A stretch of 64,000 bases of DNA from contig CBDBIB010000003.1 of NCBI GenBank assembly GCA_965205945.1, forward strand, positions 672,394-736,393, given 5' to 3'. Under the pieces are notes generated by a model. The model did no database searches and was not told the origin of the DNA. It saw only the letters and a list, made by a program, of their open reading frames with translations. Each line of letters starts with the position of its first letter. Positions within the stretch are counted from its first letter, which is position 1. This document shows positions 1 through 7,939 of this stretch, in pieces. The DNA comes from Bdellovibrionales bacterium. Its GTDB lineage: Bacteria; Bdellovibrionota; Bdellovibrionia; Bdellovibrionales; UBA1609. The translations under genes and the position numbers were made by a program.

Positions 1-1
1 T

Positions 2-472
2 GGATTTTATAGATTCCATATTATTAAAATAAGTAAAGATTTTAAAGAGTCTAAGAGAGTGACTCAAGGTGCAGATAAGTGGCTTGATGTGTCTAAGTGG
101 ACAAATACAAAAGATTGTATTTTAACTCTTAAAGAGAGTGGTTATAGAGTTTATACAACACATTTGTCTAAAAAGGCGGTTGAATTTGATGAATTAGATT
201 TAAATCAAAAAACAGCTGTTATTTTTGGAAATGAAAGAGATGGAGTTAGTAAAGAGGCGCTGTCTCTTGCTCATGGCAATGTCTTACTTCCTATGGCAGG
301 TTTTACACAAAGTTTTAATATTTCCGTTGCAGGTGCCTTGAGTTTTCAGAGAGCTTTTTTTAAAAATCCTCCTAAAATTGATGAAGAAGAAAAAAAACTT
401 TTAAAAGCAGTGTATTTTTTAAGAACTATAACCTGGCCTGAAAAAGCTTTATGTAAGATTTTTAGTGACTAG
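2..472 (+). CDS. SpoU/TrmH-family RNA 2'-O-methyltransferase (5' part lies outside the window)
   Basis: Frame is open from the window edge; SPOUT motifs IFGNERDGVS and PMAGFTQSFNISVA. Confidence 0.85.
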   Translation, partial: GFYRFHIIKISKDFKESKRVTQGADKWLDVSKWTNTKDCILTLKESGYRVYTTHLSKKAVEFDELDLNQKTAVIFGNERDGVSKEALSLAHGNVLLPMAGFTQSFNISVAGALSFQRAFFKNPPKIDEEEKKLLKAVYFLRTITWPEKALCKIFSD

Positions 473-571
473 TGTATCATAAATTAAATTTTAATGGCAT
501 AGAGTGTTTTTATATTATACTTTTTTATTAATTTATAGAAGAGCTATAGAGTCAAAAAAAGTATTAAAATG

Positions 572-653
572 GGCGTTGTTGCACATGAGTGTTTAATCTA
601 AGATTAAAGGTTTAAAAAAATACTTCCTACCCATTTTAAAATAAATTTAAAAG
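572..653. repeat. Dispersed intergenic repeat, copy 1 (MITE-like)
   Basis: GGCGTTGTTGCACATGAGTGTTTAATCTAAGATTAAAGG...TACTTCCTACCCATTTTAAAATAAATTTAAAAG is nearly identical to 21754-21833 and shares its first ~45 nt with 61601-61646. Confidence 0.85.
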
Positions 654-710
654 CGGATCTAAGAAAGTTTAGAAATAAAAACTTTGCTGACAATATAATT
701 TGGTTTGAAT

Positions 711-1169
711 TTATTTAGTTTCTACTTTTTTTTTCAACGCCTCATTCATTGAATTTAGCATGCTAGGCACCGTAGTTTTTATACTGTTCCAAAACATGGG
801 CACAAGAAGTCCTTTAAAGTATTCTTTGTGAATTAATCGTGTGCCATCTGGTGTTGCTTCTAATTCAAAAGATTTATCATTAGTGAAAATAAATCCGGCT
901 ATCATTTTAGCGCGCCATCGAAAAGACTTAGCTTCATTAAAAAATGTGATTATAGGTTGGTAAGAAGGCCCATCCTTGCCTCCTTTTCCCTCTTTGCCTG
1001 TCATTATGATTGATAATTTTGCCCCTAAAAAAGGATCACCTTTTGATTTTTGAATAATAGGACTCCATTCATACCAGTTTTTAATATTAGAAATAATACT
1101 CCACACTTTATCTGGAGATGCAGAAATTTGAATTTCTGTTTTAATTTCTCGCATACTTTTTCCTTTCAT
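711..1169 (-). CDS. SRPBCC/polyketide cyclase-dehydrase family protein
   Basis: EIQISASPDKVWSII..W.EWSP N-terminus and GTRLIHKE.F.G..VP C-terminus. Confidence 0.8.
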   Translation of the reverse strand: MKGKSMREIKTEIQISASPDKVWSIISNIKNWYEWSPIIQKSKGDPFLGAKLSIIMTGKEGKGGKDGPSYQPIITFFNEAKSFRWRAKMIAGFIFTNDKSFELEATPDGTRLIHKEYFKGLLVPMFWNSIKTTVPSMLNSMNEALKKKVETK

Positions 1170-1445
1170 TTAAAACACCACTATTTTAAAATAGACACAA
1201 ATAAAAACACCAATAATTATTTTCTTTATTATAGTTTCTTACATGCAGCTTTAAAAGTAATGATCTAATTTAAATCATATTCATATTGTATTTGTCTAGT
1301 TATATTGCCAAAAGCCTTCTAATTACTTTTCTTTATTAACGATAAGTTGATTTTTAGAGTGTTATTTAAATTGTCTTTTTTAGAATATAGCGTTAGTAAT
1401 AATATTTTTAATAAAGGTGGGGAACCTTTTTATTTAATGTTGAGC

Positions 1446-1928
1446 CTATTTTTTCCAACTAAAACTGTTTAAAGAATTTCCACAAGCAATGAATTCATTA
1501 TTAACTTTGTTTGACTGGCAGGTTAGAGTAACAAGTTTATTATTTTTTATACTTATGTACTGCTTAAAGATTTTTTTAGAGCTTTTGTGCACAGCCTTAA
1601 TCAAGTAGCCGTAGGTGATTTTGTTAAGTTTAAGAGGAGTTTTTTGAGTAATTTTAAAACCGTAAGAATTATAGTCGATTAACCATGTGTGTACATTTTT
1701 CTTTAAAGATTTCTCTTTAAGATAATTAAACTCACGAATTGTGAAAGTTGATTTTTTTGATGGTGATTCAAAAGCCTGTTGAAGAGTTGAGATGTCTTTT
1801 AGTGCTAATTTACGCCATTTTACTTCATTAGTAATTAAGTAATCTTTAAATTCAATGGAAGCAAGACTTTGTATGCTTAGGGAAAAGATTAAAAAACTTA
1901 GGATTTTCATTAGTTTAGATGTTTTCAT
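1446..1928 (-). CDS. Hypothetical secreted protein
   Basis: 160-aa ORF with a signal-peptide-like N-terminus; overlaps the mutY stop. Confidence 0.6.
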   Translation of the reverse strand: MKTSKLMKILSFLIFSLSIQSLASIEFKDYLITNEVKWRKLALKDISTLQQAFESPSKKSTFTIREFNYLKEKSLKKNVHTWLIDYNSYGFKITQKTPLKLNKITYGYLIKAVHKSSKKIFKQYISIKNNKLVTLTCQSNKVNNEFIACGNSLNSFSWKK

Positions 1929-2934
1929 AAAAGTTAGGGTGTTGCCAAATCTTTTCGATAAGAGATGATGGTGTGGCTCTTTTAAGCTTTATTCTTTCTG
2001 TTTTTTGAGGCCTTGGTCCGGGTTTTGGGTTGTTTATAAACTTAATAAAGAGGTTATGGTTGGTGATGGTGTGCATGAAATCATATTTTTTAGGCTTTTT
2101 CTTAAGTTTTTTAAAAGAGCCTAGGGGGAGTATATTTTTTTTTAAAATAGGTGAGCTGATATCTTTAGCATTTATTGCGTAAAGAGCCTTAGAACCTAAA
2201 CAGTTTTTGTAAACACTATATTGCCAAAATTCTTTTTTTTTTCTTGGCCTTGGGAGTGGAAGTTTGTTTTGAAGTCTTTTTTTAAATGTTTCACAAACTT
2301 TAGTTAAAGGACATAGTGAGCACATTACTTTTTTAGGGGTGCAAATAGTTGAGCCTAAATCCATAAGAGCTGGGTTTATAATTTTAGGAGGAGCGATTTG
2401 GCAAAGAGTGTCAGAAAAATTTTGAGTAGAGTTAAAAAAGCTTTTTTTCCACCAATCTAGTTTTTGCCCCAAAAGTCTGTTGTAAACTCGAAGAACATTT
2501 CCATCTACAACGCCAACTTTTTCATTAAAACAAATACTGCTAATGGCCCTAGAAGTGTATGGTCCTATGCCTGGAAGCGTGAGAAGTTTTTCAGCTGTAT
2601 TAGGAAGTTTGCCGTTAAAATTAGAGTCTATAATTTGTGCAGCTTTAAGAATATTTCTAGCTCTAGAATAGTAGCCAAGACCCGCCCAGTACTCGTTAAC
2701 TTCTTCTTGTTTAGCCTTTGCTAGATCACTTACAGAGGGCCATTTTTCTGTAAACCGTATAAAATAGGGTCTAACCGCTTGTGTAGTGGTTTGTTGTAGC
2801 ATGATCTCTGAAATCCAAACTAGATAAGGGTTTTGTCTAGGTTTTCTCCAAGGCAAGTTTCTCTTATTAGATTTAAACCATTTTATAAGGTGCTTTGAAA
2901 TTTCTATGGAGTTTAGGCTTTGATTTGAGGTCAT
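1915..2934 (-). CDS. mutY: A/G-specific adenine glycosylase MutY
   Basis: PYLVWISEIMLQQT, WAGLGYYSRARN, LPGIGPYT, VDGNV and 4Fe-4S motif CTPKKVMCSLCPLTKVC; likely start ATG 2934. Confidence 0.93.
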   Translation of the reverse strand: MTSNQSLNSIEISKHLIKWFKSNKRNLPWRKPRQNPYLVWISEIMLQQTTTQAVRPYFIRFTEKWPSVSDLAKAKQEEVNEYWAGLGYYSRARNILKAAQIIDSNFNGKLPNTAEKLLTLPGIGPYTSRAISSICFNEKVGVVDGNVLRVYNRLLGQKLDWWKKSFFNSTQNFSDTLCQIAPPKIINPALMDLGSTICTPKKVMCSLCPLTKVCETFKKRLQNKLPLPRPRKKKEFWQYSVYKNCLGSKALYAINAKDISSPILKKNILPLGSFKKLKKKPKKYDFMHTITNHNLFIKFINNPKPGPRPQKTERIKLKRATPSSLIEKIWQHPNFYENI

Positions 2935-2979
2935 AATGGACCTTATTTTGACTCTTTTTTGTCTATGTGTCACATCTTA

Positions 2980-3960
2980 ATGATGTCAAATGTACACTTT
3001 TTACCTATTCATGGTCGCCAGATGCCTCGTTTTGGTGGAATTAAAACCTTTTTTAGACTTCCTCATATTAAGAAAACAGATGAGCTTTTTAAAAACTTAG
3101 ATATTGCAATTTTTGGGGTTCCTTTTGATGGGGGGGTCTCTTATAGGCCTGGGGCTAGGTTTGCCCCATCTAAAATTAGAGAGGTTTCTTCATTAGGTAG
3201 AGGTTATCATTTTTCAAGAGATCTTACGGTTTTTGATAGTTTAAATGTAGCAGACACAGGGGACTGCTTAGTGACTCCTATGTCTGTTGAAAAAACATAT
3301 GAACTTATTAAAGCGTATACGGGAGAGCTTTTAGAAAAAAATAAAAAATTTATTTCAGTGGGCGGTGACCATTCAACAACGCTTGCTCATCTTAGGGCAT
3401 TAAAGGAAAAAAATGGAAAAGCAGTATCATTGCTTCATTTTGATGCCCATTTAGATACCTATGCTTCAGCATGGGGTTGTGAATATCACCATGGCGCTTT
3501 TGTAAGGCATGCTGTAAATGAGGGCTTGATTGATTCAAAAACCTCTATTCAAATTGGTATTAGAGGGTCTTTAGCTGGAAAATCTGACTTAGATTTTAAT
3601 GTAGAGCATGGCCTTTCATATATTACCGTAGACAACATTCGTTTAAAAACTTTAAGTCAAGTTATGAGTAAGATACATGGGCATTTAAAACAAGAGTCTG
3701 TATTTTTAAGCTTTGATATTGATTGCCTTGATCCAAGTTGTGCGCCAGGAACTGGAACTCCTGTTCATGGAGGTCTTACAGTGTATGAGGTTCAAAAGAT
3801 TTTTCAGGAGCTTAGAATTAAAAATTTAGTTGGAGCAGATATTGTAGAGGTTTGTCCTCCTTACGACACAGCAGAGATTACAGCTTTGGCAGCGGTAGAT
3901 GTTATGTTTGAAATTTTGTGCTTGTATAAAATTGAGATGAACAATGGTCATAAAATTTAA
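2980..3960 (+). CDS. speB: Ureohydrolase (agmatinase/guanidino-acid hydrolase family)
   Basis: MPRFGG..TFFRLP, GVPFD, RPGARFAP, GGDHS, DAHLD, SFDIDCLDP..APGTGTP; substrate uncertain. Confidence 0.85.
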   Translation: MMSNVHFLPIHGRQMPRFGGIKTFFRLPHIKKTDELFKNLDIAIFGVPFDGGVSYRPGARFAPSKIREVSSLGRGYHFSRDLTVFDSLNVADTGDCLVTPMSVEKTYELIKAYTGELLEKNKKFISVGGDHSTTLAHLRALKEKNGKAVSLLHFDAHLDTYASAWGCEYHHGAFVRHAVNEGLIDSKTSIQIGIRGSLAGKSDLDFNVEHGLSYITVDNIRLKTLSQVMSKIHGHLKQESVFLSFDIDCLDPSCAPGTGTPVHGGLTVYEVQKIFQELRIKNLVGADIVEVCPPYDTAEITALAAVDVMFEILCLYKIEMNNGHKI

Positions 3961-5395
3961 TAGAGTAAAAGAAAAGTTTCATCATGAAAATTGGCCGACC
4001 CCAGTTTTTTATGCTCCGGTATTTTTATACTATCTTTATAATTCACTAAAATTTAGAAAATTAAATTATTTTACCACTGCAAATCCAGGTCTAAAGGCAG
4101 GTGGAATGTGTGGTTTTTCAAAATTTGAATCATTTAAACTTCTTCCCTTAAAAGTTATCCCTACTACGATTTTATTAAATAATAAGCTTTATAGTGAGCA
4201 GCAGATTAAAGAGATGTTGAGTGAAAAAGGGTTAGAGTTTCCACTGGTGGTGAAGCCAGATCAAGGGGAGCGTGGGTTTTTGGTGTCTAAAGTAGATAAT
4301 CTAAGAGAGCTAGTAGAAACAATAAGTAATAAGACTTTAAAAATAAATTTTTTAATTCAAGAGTTTATTGACGAGCCTTTAGAGTTGGGTGTTTTTTTAA
4401 TAAGGCAAAATAAAGAGTGGAAGGTGTCTTCTATTACATCAAAGGATTTTTTAAGTGTTTTAGGTAATGGGGTAAAAACCATTAAACAGCTTATTGTAGA
4501 AGATAAGAGAGGTCGAAAATATTTTAATCCTTCTAAAATGAAGCTTGATCTTAAAAGAGTGCCTAAGCATAATGAAAGAGTTTTGCTTGAACCTATTGGT
4601 AATCATTGTAGAGGAACTAAGTTTGTAAATGAATGTGGTAGCATCACAAAAGAAACACATAAGGTTTTTAATAATTTTTTAAAAGATGTTAAGGGCATTA
4701 ATTATTGTAGATTGGATTTAAGGTCTTCATCTTGGCAAGCTCTTTATAAAGGTAGGTTTAAAATATTAGAAATTAATGGTGTTTCAGCAGAGCCTGGGCA
4801 TATTTATGATTCATCTGTATCTTTAATAAGAGCTTATAAGGATTTATTCTTTCATTGGAATGAAATGGCTTGTGTGGCTAAAGAGCAAGTCTTAAAAGGC
4901 GAAAAGGCAGAGAAGTTTTTTGATACCATGGGGTTTATAAGAACTCATATGAAACGAAAAAAAGAACTTCAAAGAGCTAAAGATTTAGTTATTGATGTTA
5001 TAGGCTGTAAAGGGTTAAATCTTTCTTTGGATCCGGAGGTGATCTTAAATAAATTTTCACAAGAAGAGTTGACGTTAAATCATAAATGTGTAGAAACCAC
5101 TTATGGTTATGAGAGAGCAGTGCTTTTTAAAAACAAAGATGTTGAGATTGTATTTTGCCATTGGCGTCCAGGAGATAAAAGTTCTGTACATCTACATCCA
5201 GGTGTAAACTGTTGGTTTAAATGCCTAAAAGGTGATATTGTTGAATTAAGATCAATGGGAAAAGAACAAAATTTTCTTACTAAAGGAGCTATAGGAAATA
5301 TTGACGACACAAAAGGCGCTCACCAAATGCTTAACATGTCTAATGAGTGCGCTTACTCAGTTCATATATATCAAACTAAAAAAGAGAATTCATGA
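3944..5395 (+). CDS. ATP-grasp carboxylate-amine ligase fused to a C-terminal cysteine dioxygenase (cupin) domain
   Basis: ATP-grasp motifs FPLVVKPD.G.RG, FLIQEFI..P.ELGV, RLDL, ILEING..AEP; C-terminal CDO motifs YER..W....S.VHLH....C, GAH and SVHIY. Confidence 0.8.
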   Translation: MVIKFNRVKEKFHHENWPTPVFYAPVFLYYLYNSLKFRKLNYFTTANPGLKAGGMCGFSKFESFKLLPLKVIPTTILLNNKLYSEQQIKEMLSEKGLEFPLVVKPDQGERGFLVSKVDNLRELVETISNKTLKINFLIQEFIDEPLELGVFLIRQNKEWKVSSITSKDFLSVLGNGVKTIKQLIVEDKRGRKYFNPSKMKLDLKRVPKHNERVLLEPIGNHCRGTKFVNECGSITKETHKVFNNFLKDVKGINYCRLDLRSSSWQALYKGRFKILEINGVSAEPGHIYDSSVSLIRAYKDLFFHWNEMACVAKEQVLKGEKAEKFFDTMGFIRTHMKRKKELQRAKDLVIDVIGCKGLNLSLDPEVILNKFSQEELTLNHKCVETTYGYERAVLFKNKDVEIVFCHWRPGDKSSVHLHPGVNCWFKCLKGDIVELRSMGKEQNFLTKGAIGNIDDTKGAHQMLNMSNECAYSVHIYQTKKENS

Positions 5396-6783
5396 AAGAT
5401 CTGCTTTTTCATATTCTGGAAAAAGCATTGCTTTTAAAAGAAAAACCTTTAGTAAGCTTAAAATCTCCCAAAAAACTTACGGAGTCTTTTGATCTAAGTT
5501 TAAAAGATGAAAAATATTTAGGCGATGCTAAAAATCTAATAGATTCTGTTTTTAAAAACTCTGTAAATACTCAAAACCCAAGATTCTTAAATCAGCTCTA
5601 CGGAGGGTCAACTCAAGAATCTTGGATAGGTGAATTTTTAGTTTCCATTTTAAATACTTCTATGGCTACATATGAAATAGCGCCGCTAGCAACTCTTATG
5701 GAAAAAGAATTGATTAAAAGTGTTAATAAAAAAGTGGGTTTTCCTAAAGTTGAAGGACTCATGGTTCCAGGTGGGAGTTATGCTAACATGCTCGGTCTTC
5801 AGTGTGCTAGATACACTCATAATAGAAAAATAAAAGAACAGGGGCTGTATGATTCTCCAAAATACAAGGTTTTTATTTCAAAGGAAGCTCATTATTCTTT
5901 TGAAAAAGCCTTAGGTCTTATGGGGCTAGGAACAAACTCTTTAGTTGAGGTGAAAATAAGCCTAGATAAGAAGATGCTTAGTTTAGATTTAGAGTTAAAA
6001 ATTAAGAAGTGTTTAGCTGAGGGTGGAGTGCCTCTTTGTGTTGTTTCAACTGCAGGAACAACTGTTTGGGGTTCATTTGATCCAATTAAAGAAATTGATG
6101 AAATTTGTAAGAAATTTCAAGTTTGGCACCATGTTGATGCTGCCTGGGGGGGGCTGGGTCTTTGGTCACATAGGGGAAAAGACCTTTTTAAAGGTCTTAA
6201 GCAAGTAGACTCTATTACTATTGATTTTCATAAACTTTTTGCATCTACGTTAACAAAGGGACTTTTTTTAACATCACATAAGAACGTGCTTAAAGGGGCT
6301 AATTCTGGTGGAGGAACAAAATATATCTTTCACAGTGCAGATGAAGAAGAAATTTCATATGATATAGGCACTTACGCAATTCAGTGTGGTCGAAAGGTAG
6401 ACTCTTTACCTGTATGGTTTCAGTGGAAAATGGGTGGAACTGATCAGTTTAAAAATAAAGCCTCCCACTTATATAAACTGGTAAACTGGACCACAGAATA
6501 TCTTTTAAAAGAAGCTAAAGAGTATAAATTGCAACTAAGTCCTGAATACATGAATATATGCTTTCAAATGCTTCCTGGAGACAACAAACTAGATGTAGGA
6601 GAGTTTAATAAAAGAGCGAGAGCTCTTTTATTAAAGCGTGGAAACTTTATGGTGAATTTTTCTAGCACAGAAGAAGATGGTGTTTTTTTTAGATTAGTAC
6701 TAAGTCACTGGGGACTTACACAAAATATTCTTGAAGAGTTTTTTATTGAGTTAAAAAATATTAAAGAAGAGCTTAAATTCTAG
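5392..6783 (+). CDS. Group II PLP-dependent decarboxylase, cysteine sulfinic acid decarboxylase/GAD-like
   Basis: PRFLNQL, NTSMATYEIAP, PGGS.AN, HYS, TAGTTV.G.FD, HVDAAWGG, DS...DFHK (PLP lysine), QCGRK.D; ATGA overlap with the upstream gene. Confidence 0.88.
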   Translation: MKDLLFHILEKALLLKEKPLVSLKSPKKLTESFDLSLKDEKYLGDAKNLIDSVFKNSVNTQNPRFLNQLYGGSTQESWIGEFLVSILNTSMATYEIAPLATLMEKELIKSVNKKVGFPKVEGLMVPGGSYANMLGLQCARYTHNRKIKEQGLYDSPKYKVFISKEAHYSFEKALGLMGLGTNSLVEVKISLDKKMLSLDLELKIKKCLAEGGVPLCVVSTAGTTVWGSFDPIKEIDEICKKFQVWHHVDAAWGGLGLWSHRGKDLFKGLKQVDSITIDFHKLFASTLTKGLFLTSHKNVLKGANSGGGTKYIFHSADEEEISYDIGTYAIQCGRKVDSLPVWFQWKMGGTDQFKNKASHLYKLVNWTTEYLLKEAKEYKLQLSPEYMNICFQMLPGDNKLDVGEFNKRARALLLKRGNFMVNFSSTEEDGVFFRLVLSHWGLTQNILEEFFIELKNIKEELKF

Positions 6784-6804
6784 TTCTTATGAGGAGAGTT
6801 TAAA

Positions 6805-7785
6805 TTGGAATTTTTTCCTGAATTAGATCAAATTGAAAAAGTAACAAAAAGGTTAAAACGTCAAGGAGTACCCTTTGAACGTAACACATTGGCTCAAATA
6901 GAGCATAAAGGTAAAAAATATCCAATACAGGGTTTTGTTATAGGATCAAAAAATCCAGAGGCCCCAACACTTGGTTTATATGGTAGTGTTCATGGTTTAG
7001 AGAAAATTGGAACACATGTTATTTTAAATTACTTAAACTCCCTTGCATTTAGATACTCTTTAAATTTATACATAAGAAAAAAATTTGAATCTTTTAGAAT
7101 TGTATCTATACCTATGGTGAACCCATATGGGGTAAAGCACAATAAAAGAGGCAATATGAATGGGGTTGATCTTATGAGAAACTCCCCAGTAAAAGCAATA
7201 GGCAAAACCTTACCATTTCTTTCAGGTCACCGAATATCTCCTAGAATTTGGTGGTACAGAGGTGAAGAGAATAAAATGGAGCAGGAGTCGTTGGCCCTCA
7301 TCAATTTTGTAAAAGAACAGATGTTTTCTTCAGAATTTTCTATGGCTCTAGATCTACATTCTGGTTTTGGATTAAGGGACAGGTTGTGGTATCCATACTC
7401 AAAAGCAGTAGGGATATTCCCCTTAGAGCATGAAGCTAGAAATCTAAAAAGAACAATGAAACTTATTAACCCCTTTCATATTTATAAGATTGAACCTCAA
7501 TCAGACTCTTATTTAATTCATGGTGATTTGTGGGATCATATGTTTGATTTACATTTTTTAGATTCTAAATACAAAGGGTTTTTTTTACCGTGGACTTTGG
7601 AGATGGGAAGTTGGAATTGGATTAAGAAAAATCCATTTCAAATTTTTTCACAAAAAGGCTGGTTTTATCCAATGAAACTACATAGGGTGAATCGAGTGAT
7701 GAGAAGGCATTGGTGGCTTTTAGACTTTTATACAAACTTTATTGCTAATGGTGGGATAGATTTAAGCTCTAGTAATTTTAAATAG
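6805..7785 (+). CDS. M14-family zinc carboxypeptidase-like protein
   Basis: HGLE zinc motif, NP.G, NGVDLMRN, DLHSG and LEMG; TTG start with GAGGAG RBS. Confidence 0.8.
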   Translation: MEFFPELDQIEKVTKRLKRQGVPFERNTLAQIEHKGKKYPIQGFVIGSKNPEAPTLGLYGSVHGLEKIGTHVILNYLNSLAFRYSLNLYIRKKFESFRIVSIPMVNPYGVKHNKRGNMNGVDLMRNSPVKAIGKTLPFLSGHRISPRIWWYRGEENKMEQESLALINFVKEQMFSSEFSMALDLHSGFGLRDRLWYPYSKAVGIFPLEHEARNLKRTMKLINPFHIYKIEPQSDSYLIHGDLWDHMFDLHFLDSKYKGFFLPWTLEMGSWNWIKKNPFQIFSQKGWFYPMKLHRVNRVMRRHWWLLDFYTNFIANGGIDLSSSNFK

Positions 7786-7939
7786 CAGAACAATTTTTTA
7801 ATAGAGTTTTTTTAAAAGTAATGAGAATAAGAATTTGTCTTAATAGATTATTTCATAATGTAGGTAAAAATTATTAAGAGAGTAAGAAATAAGCCTAAAT
7901 AGGCTTTTGTTGAACAAAACCTTGGAGGTTAAGATTAAT

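Noticed and set aside
3944..4950. Calling the ATP-grasp domain D-alanine--D-alanine ligase (ddl)
   Set aside because: Lacks the Ddl N-terminal GGxSxE and the EVNTxPG motifs, and the context is not cell-wall synthesis
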